Origin: an uncultured Clostridia bacterium
Lineage (GTDB): Bacteria > Bacillota > Clostridia > Peptostreptococcales > Anaerovoracaceae
Direction: 5' to 3'
Assembly (NCBI GenBank): GCA_947302715.1
Contig: CAMYVY010000009.1
Coordinates: 11,648 to 75,647 of the forward strand
Length of the DNA stretch: 64,000 nt
The notes below the pieces were generated by a model. That model worked only from the letters and a program-made list of their open reading frames with translations, did not search any database and was not told the DNA's origin. Position 1 is the stretch's first letter, and every line of letters starts with the position of its first letter. The position numbers were made by a program, and so were the translations under genes. This document shows, piece by piece, positions 59,601-64,000 of the stretch.

Positions 59601-60282
59601 GCCGCTCGGTGGATTCCCGAAGGAACTCCAGAAGCTGGTCCTTAAAGGAAAGAAGCCTATCACCTGTAGGCCTGGAGAACTCCTGCCGCCGGAAGATCTA
59701 AAGGCGGACAAGAAGTATCTGGTTGAGACATTGGGACTCGAGGGAACTCCGCAAGAGGTAATTAGTTACGCTATTTATCCGAAGGTATTTGAGGACTATG
59801 TCAAGCAAAAGAGACGCGAGGGTGACTTCCGTTACATGGGTTCCGACATCTTCTTCCACGGACTCAGAGAAGGCGAGACCAGCGAAATCAAATTAGAGGA
59901 AGGTAAGATCCTGATAGTTCGTCTGATAGAGGTTCGCGGAGTTGATTCCGAAGGATTTAGAGAAGTCGTCTTCGAAGTGAACGGCAACCGAAGAGTAGTC
60001 CGCATCAAGGACAACGACATCAAAGATACCGCAGCCGTAGCCGTAACCAGATATGCCGATGACGAGGATCCGATGGAAATCGGTGCAAATATACCGGGCG
60101 CCATCGTGAAGATTTTGGTCAAAGAAGGAGAGAAGGTTGAGGCTAAGCAGGCGATTGCGGTAATAGAAGCGATGAAGATGGAGACCAATATTATTTCAAC
60201 GACATCCGGAATTGTCGACAAGATATTCGTTAAGGAAGGTCAGCAAGTTAAGGCCGGCGAGATGATCGCGGTGCTGAAGTAG
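56698..60282 (+). CDS. pyc: Pyruvate carboxylase (single chain) with a Lys/Ala-rich N-terminal tail
   Basis: 'ANRGEIA', 'HPGYGFLAEN', 'EMNPRIQVEH', 'DTTFRDA', 'HTHDT', biotin site 'EAMKM'. Confidence 0.97.
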   Translation: MAKEKVTKKNVKSAAKKEAKPAAKTAKKSAAKKEASIEMKPAKKQTAKKEIRPIKRVMVANRGEIAIRVFRACQELGIRTVAIYSEEDKNALFRYKADESYQIGRGKTPVATYLSIDEIIDLAKAKGVDAIHPGYGFLAENTTFAKACEAAGIEFIGPTAEMMDSLGDKIKSKLVAASVGVPTIPGIDAAIKDEKEAKKFAKECGYPVMLKASAGGGGRGMRIVRSEKDIVNEFRRAQGEALAAFGSDEIFIEKYLENPKHIEVQVLGDKYGNLVHLYERDCSIQRRHQKVIEFTPSLTLTKKQRDAICKDALKIAGAVNYRSAGTVEFLLDNDGNHYFIEMNPRIQVEHTVTEMVTDIDIVQSQILIAQGYALSDPGIDIKSQDSIKTTGYAIQCRITTEDPGAGFAPDTGTLEIYRSASGYGIRLDGGNAFTGSVISPYYDSLLVKVTAHARTFDQARRKAIRALRETEIKGVKTNVGFILNVLNHPSFVAGECNTGFISANPELLDIRTSQDKELKLITFLGNKIVNETKGRKPQFDVPIFPRIPEKEVKALSGTKQLLDKEGPEAVSKWVFNQQKLLITDTTFRDAQQSLMATRVRTIDMEKIAPATALYGKDFFSLEMWGGATFDTAFRFLGEDPWERLTTLREKIPNIMFQMLLRGANAVGYKNYPDNVIREFVKRSAIAGIDVFRIFDSLNWTEGMKVAMDEALKQGKVVEACMCYTGDILDISRTKYNLHYYTSLAKQLEDMGAHIITIKDMSGLLKPMAARELIGSLKQELKIPVNLHTHDTSGNGIATVLMAAQAGVDIIDAAFNSMAGLTSQPALNSIVAALEHSNRDTGIDLDGIQKISEYWRDVRPVYAQFESGLKTSSAEIYKYEMPGGQYSNLKAQVDSFGLGHKFNDVKEMYRQVNLMLGDIVKVTPTSKVVGDTAIFMVQNEMTPDNILEKGQGVDFPDSLVSYMEGMIGQPLGGFPKELQKLVLKGKKPITCRPGELLPPEDLKADKKYLVETLGLEGTPQEVISYAIYPKVFEDYVKQKRREGDFRYMGSDIFFHGLREGETSEIKLEEGKILIVRLIEVRGVDSEGFREVVFEVNGNRRVVRIKDNDIKDTAAVAVTRYADDEDPMEIGANIPGAIVKILVKEGEKVEAKQAIAVIEAMKMETNIISTTSGIVDKIFVKEGQQVKAGEMIAVLK

Positions 60283-60321
60283 CGAGATGATCGCAGTGCT
60301 GAAGTAATAGGGAGAGAAAAC

Positions 60322-62193
60322 ATGAAACAATTATTAACCGGCGATGAAGCAATCGCAAGAGGTGCTTGGGAAGCAGGAGTGAAGCATGCCTCCGCATATC
60401 CGGGAACACCGTCTACGGAAATTCTTGAAAACATGGCGGAGTATGAGGAGGTCTACGCTGAGTGGTCTCCAAATGAAAAGGTGGCCATGGAATCCGCAAT
60501 CGGCGCATCAATGGCCGGAGTCAGAAGCATGGTTTCCATGAAGCATGTTGGAGTAAATGTCGCGGCTGATCCTCTAATGACTTTTGCATATATGGGAGTA
60601 AATGCTGGTGCCGTAATCGTAACTGCGGATGAACCCGGGATGTTCAGTTCTCAAAATGAGCAGGACAACAGAAACTATGCGAAGATGGGTAAGATCCCGA
60701 TGCTTGAACCTGCGGACAGCCAGGAATGCTATGACATGATGAAGTCAGCCTTCGAACTCTCGGAAAAACATAACGTGATTTTTATGGTGCGCATGGTTAC
60801 GAGAGTTTGCCACGGCAAGACCTTGGTAGAGGTGGGAGAAAGAACGGAGCTTCCAATCAAGGAGTGGACTCCGGATCCGCTTAAGTACGTAGCGCTTCCG
60901 GCTCATGCGAGAATTCTGAGGGTCAAAATCGAGGAGCGCCAGAAGGAGCTTCTTGAGGCGAGCGAGAATTCCCCATTCAACTTTATCGAGTGGGCGGGTG
61001 ATCTTGCTCCAGGAAAGGGTGCCGGTGAGGATGGAAAGAGAATCGGCGTGATAACCTCCGGACCTTCGTACTGGTATGCCAAGGAAGTATTCAGCGATCT
61101 TTACGGAGAGAATGTTTCTTATCTTAAGCTCGGATTTACCAATCCTTTGCCGGAGAAGATGATAGGCGAATTCATAGGTCACCTCGATACAGTTTATATA
61201 ATCGAGGAAGACGATCCGTATATTCAAGAGGAAGTCGAGAGAATCGCTGGAAAGACAAAGTTTGATGGCGAAATCCACGGTAAAGACATCTTCCCGCCGT
61301 ACGGAGAGATGACGCCTGATGTAGTCAGAAAGTCACTCACCGGAAATTCGCTTCCGCTGGTTGATTACGATAGAGAAATGATAATCCGTAGACCGCCTTC
61401 GCTTTGCGCAGGCTGTCCTCACAGAGGTCTCTTCTATAGACTGGGTAAGAGAAAGGACATCATGATATCCGGCGACATCGGTTGCTATACCCTGGCTGCA
61501 GGTGCTCCGTATAGTGCGATGAATAGCTGCGTCTGCATGGGTGCATCGATTTCCGTTGGACACGGCGCGCAGCAGGCGTTCAACAGAGCGGGGGTCAATC
61601 GAAAGGTTGTTACGGTACTGGGCGATTCGACCTTCTTCCACACAGGAATAAATTCGCTCATGAACACGGTATACAATAACAGCAATACGATTAATGTAAT
61701 CCTTGATAATAGAATCACCGGAATGACAGGCCATCAACAGAATCCGGGCACCGGATTTACGGTCAAGGGCGATCCGACAAATATGGTCGACATGGAGACG
61801 CTGGTTCGCGCGATCGGAATCAAGCATGTCAAGGTTATTGACCCTAACGACCTAAAGGCGGTCGATGCTGCCTTTGATGAATTCATCGATTTGGATGAAC
61901 CGTCGGTAATCATCACACGTTGGCCGTGCGTACTAAAGAAATTTTCGGATGCCGACCTGGCTGAGTTCCCGGGACTTTTCTCGACGAAGGACGTTGTTCA
62001 GCCGAATGTCTGCATCGGCTGTAAGGCTTGTCAGAAGACGGGATGCCCGGCGCTTATCTTTGATGAAGAAACAAAGAAGGTTCATATCAAAGAAACGGAT
62101 TGTGTTGGATGTGATGTTTGTGCACAGGTATGCCCGGTGTCCGCAATCACGAAGGCTGACGGCAGCGCACCCAAGTTTGACAAATACAAATAA
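60322..62193 (+). CDS. iorA: Indolepyruvate:ferredoxin oxidoreductase subunit alpha
   Basis: 'LLTGDEAIARG', 'YPGTPSTEI', 'KHVG.NVAAD', 'P.LCAGCPHR', 'GDIGCY', 'GDSTF', two C-terminal [4Fe-4S] motifs. Confidence 0.95.
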   Translation: MKQLLTGDEAIARGAWEAGVKHASAYPGTPSTEILENMAEYEEVYAEWSPNEKVAMESAIGASMAGVRSMVSMKHVGVNVAADPLMTFAYMGVNAGAVIVTADEPGMFSSQNEQDNRNYAKMGKIPMLEPADSQECYDMMKSAFELSEKHNVIFMVRMVTRVCHGKTLVEVGERTELPIKEWTPDPLKYVALPAHARILRVKIEERQKELLEASENSPFNFIEWAGDLAPGKGAGEDGKRIGVITSGPSYWYAKEVFSDLYGENVSYLKLGFTNPLPEKMIGEFIGHLDTVYIIEEDDPYIQEEVERIAGKTKFDGEIHGKDIFPPYGEMTPDVVRKSLTGNSLPLVDYDREMIIRRPPSLCAGCPHRGLFYRLGKRKDIMISGDIGCYTLAAGAPYSAMNSCVCMGASISVGHGAQQAFNRAGVNRKVVTVLGDSTFFHTGINSLMNTVYNNSNTINVILDNRITGMTGHQQNPGTGFTVKGDPTNMVDMETLVRAIGIKHVKVIDPNDLKAVDAAFDEFIDLDEPSVIITRWPCVLKKFSDADLAEFPGLFSTKDVVQPNVCIGCKACQKTGCPALIFDEETKKVHIKETDCVGCDVCAQVCPVSAITKADGSAPKFDKYK

Positions 62194-62311
62194 CAGGCGG
62201 ACTGTGCATACATTCTACAAAAAAATAACAGACGGACTGTGCAAGTTTGACAAATATAAATAGCGATTGAGCAACAGATATTGCACAAATTTAGTTGGTG
62301 AGGAATATATT

Positions 62312-62893
62312 ATGAACAATACAAAAAACATCGTACTGGCGGGAGTTGGTGGACAGGGAACCATTCTTGCGGCAAAGATGCTTACAATCGGACTCATGGA
62401 AGAAGGCTACGATGTCAAGATGTCCGAGATTCACGGAATGAGCCAACGTGGAGGCGACGTGACATCGCAGGTTCGATATAGCAAGGATAAAGTTTTTTCG
62501 CCGGTGATTGAAAAAGGCTCTGCGGATATTTTGATTGCGTTTGAGGAGATGGAAGCTCTTCGCAATCTCGATTATCTGAAAGCTGACGGAACAGTTGTTG
62601 TTAATACCGAGCGCATTCCTTCGATGACCGTATTAACAGGTGCGGAGAAGTATCCGGAGGATGTTCTGTCCGAGGTCGAGAAGACTGCATCAAAGTGCAT
62701 CACGCTTGATGCTACGGGGATGGCTAAGGACCTTGGGAATCCGAAGGCTGCGAATGTGATCTTGCTTGGTGCGCTGATTAAGGCGATGGAGCTTACGGAC
62801 ATCGATTGGGATTCGATTGTTCGCGCAAACGTGAAGGCTCAGTTTGCTGACCTAAACATCAGCGCGCTGCACGCCGGAATAAATGCGGTTTGA
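62312..62893 (+). CDS. iorB: Indolepyruvate oxidoreductase subunit beta
   Basis: 'AGVGGQG.ILA', 'SEIHGMSQRGG.V'. Confidence 0.93.
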   Translation: MNNTKNIVLAGVGGQGTILAAKMLTIGLMEEGYDVKMSEIHGMSQRGGDVTSQVRYSKDKVFSPVIEKGSADILIAFEEMEALRNLDYLKADGTVVVNTERIPSMTVLTGAEKYPEDVLSEVEKTASKCITLDATGMAKDLGNPKAANVILLGALIKAMELTDIDWDSIVRANVKAQFADLNISALHAGINAV

Positions 62894-62909
62894 CGCAATT
62901 ACACATTGA

Positions 62910-62940
62910 TATCCGGTATGTGACGTGACACATCCGGATA
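62910..62940 (+). terminator. Hairpin between iorB and the aminotransferase
   Basis: tatccgg / ccggata with inner atgtg / cacat; no U-tract. Confidence 0.35.
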
Positions 62941-62990
62941 GCGATATGTGCCTACATTAGGAATACATTTATAACGGAGGAAAGTGTGAG

Positions 62991-64000
62991 ATGATTAGTG
63001 AGAAAATGAGGCCGCTTGTGGCTAACAATTCTGTCATAAGGCAGATGTTTGAAGAAGGGCAGAAGATGGCTGCGCAGTTTGGTGCGGAGAACGTCTTTGA
63101 TTTTTCGCTCGGAAATCCAAATGTGCCTGCGCCGAAGGAGGTTAACGAAGCGATTATCGATATCGTGAATAACGTGAACCCGGTTAAGGTGCACGGATAT
63201 ATGAGCAATGCCGGATTCCCCGAAACGAGAAAGGCTGTAGCGGATAATCTCAATAGGAGATTCGGAACGAGCTTTGATGTAAACAATATCATCATGACCG
63301 TTGGTGCGGCATCTGGACTGAACGTCATACTAAAGACCATGATAAACCCGGGCGACGAGGTCATTTGCTTTGCGCCTTACTTTGTTGAATATGGGAATTA
63401 CATCAGAAATTATGACGGCGTTCCGGTCGTAATCAGTGCGAATCCGGAGGGGAATTTTATGCCTCGCTTTGATGAGCTGCGTGAAAAGATTTCCCCGAAG
63501 ACCAAGGCGCTCATAATCAATAATCCGAACAATCCTACGGGCGTAATTTATCCGGAGAGCGTAATCAAGGAACTGGCGTCTTTGCTCGAGGAAAAGCAAA
63601 AGGAATTCGGAACGATTATCTATCTGATAAGCGACGAACCATACAGAGAGCTCGCTTATGGAAAAAGAGAAGTTCCTTATCTGACAAAGTTCTATGCCAA
63701 CACGATAGTTGGTTATTCATACAGCAAATCGCTTTCGCTTCCGGGCGAGCGTATCGGATACGTAGTGATCCCGAGCGAGTCCGATGGAGCTCAGGAATTC
63801 ATTGAGGCCGCGACTATAGCGAATAGAATTTCGGGCTCCGTGAATGCGCCGTCTTTGATGCAGCTGGTCATTGAGAGATGCGTGGATGCGAAGTGTGAAG
63901 TTGAATATTACGAGAAGAACGGCAGGAGGCTCTATGATGCGCTGACCGAAATGGGCTTCGAATGCGTGGAACCTCAGGGTGCGTTCTATCTTTGGGTCAA
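62991..64000 (+). CDS. PLP-dependent class I aminotransferase (3' truncated by window edge)
   Basis: Absent from the ORF track because it has no stop in the window. GGAGG RBS, then MISEKM...'FDFSLGNP', 'GYMSNAG', 'NNPNNPTG', 'SDEPY', 'SYSKSLSLPGERIGY'. Confidence 0.92.
   Translation, partial: MISEKMRPLVANNSVIRQMFEEGQKMAAQFGAENVFDFSLGNPNVPAPKEVNEAIIDIVNNVNPVKVHGYMSNAGFPETRKAVADNLNRRFGTSFDVNNIIMTVGAASGLNVILKTMINPGDEVICFAPYFVEYGNYIRNYDGVPVVISANPEGNFMPRFDELREKISPKTKALIINNPNNPTGVIYPESVIKELASLLEEKQKEFGTIIYLISDEPYRELAYGKREVPYLTKFYANTIVGYSYSKSLSLPGERIGYVVIPSESDGAQEFIEAATIANRISGSVNAPSLMQLVIERCVDAKCEVEYYEKNGRRLYDALTEMGFECVEPQGAFYLWV

Noticed and set aside
1-64000. rRNA, tRNA, transposase, integrase or prophage genes
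   Set aside because: None recognised; nearly all long stretches are explained by the listed CDS and the intergenic gaps showed no cloverleaf motifs by eye. tRNAscan and Infernal were not run.

Overview
A 64 kb chromosomal segment from an anaerobic, amino-acid-fermenting clostridium. CWB2 surface proteins, a homodimeric GlyRS and IorAB suggest Peptostreptococcales/Anaerovoracaceae; the taxon is an inference. In order, the window holds: (1) an alpha-galactoside operon (galK, GPH-type MFS, GH36, GT-B-like unknown); (2) a ~13 kb FadR-regulated peptide/amide catabolic cassette (Opp-type ABC transporter plus M28, amidohydrolase, M24 and M20 hydrolases), bracketed by an AAA-ATPase gene remnant and an intact ATPase-nuclease; (3) a sugar-phosphate/nucleotide-sugar block (pgi, galE, NTP transferase, pgm); (4) a glmS ribozyme that precedes not glmS but a stand-alone GlmU-type acetyltransferase, nagB and glmM; (5) vanZ and two CAP-CWB2 surface proteins; (6) housekeeping genes (rpsU, yqeY, phoH, ybeY, cdd, era, recO, glyQS, ppdK, gltX, ung, typA, pyc, iorAB, an aminotransferase). 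The strongest candidate for an undescribed system is a ribozyme-controlled, GlmS-independent and split-GlmU route to UDP-GlcNAc, with NagB possibly running in the aminating direction. A second theme is pervasive local tandem duplication: in-frame inside UNG, GluRS, Pyc and others, across stop codons, and as palindromic intergenic arrays. I saw no rRNA, tRNA, CRISPR array, transposase or phage genes. Family assignments come from motif recognition only; no database searches were run.
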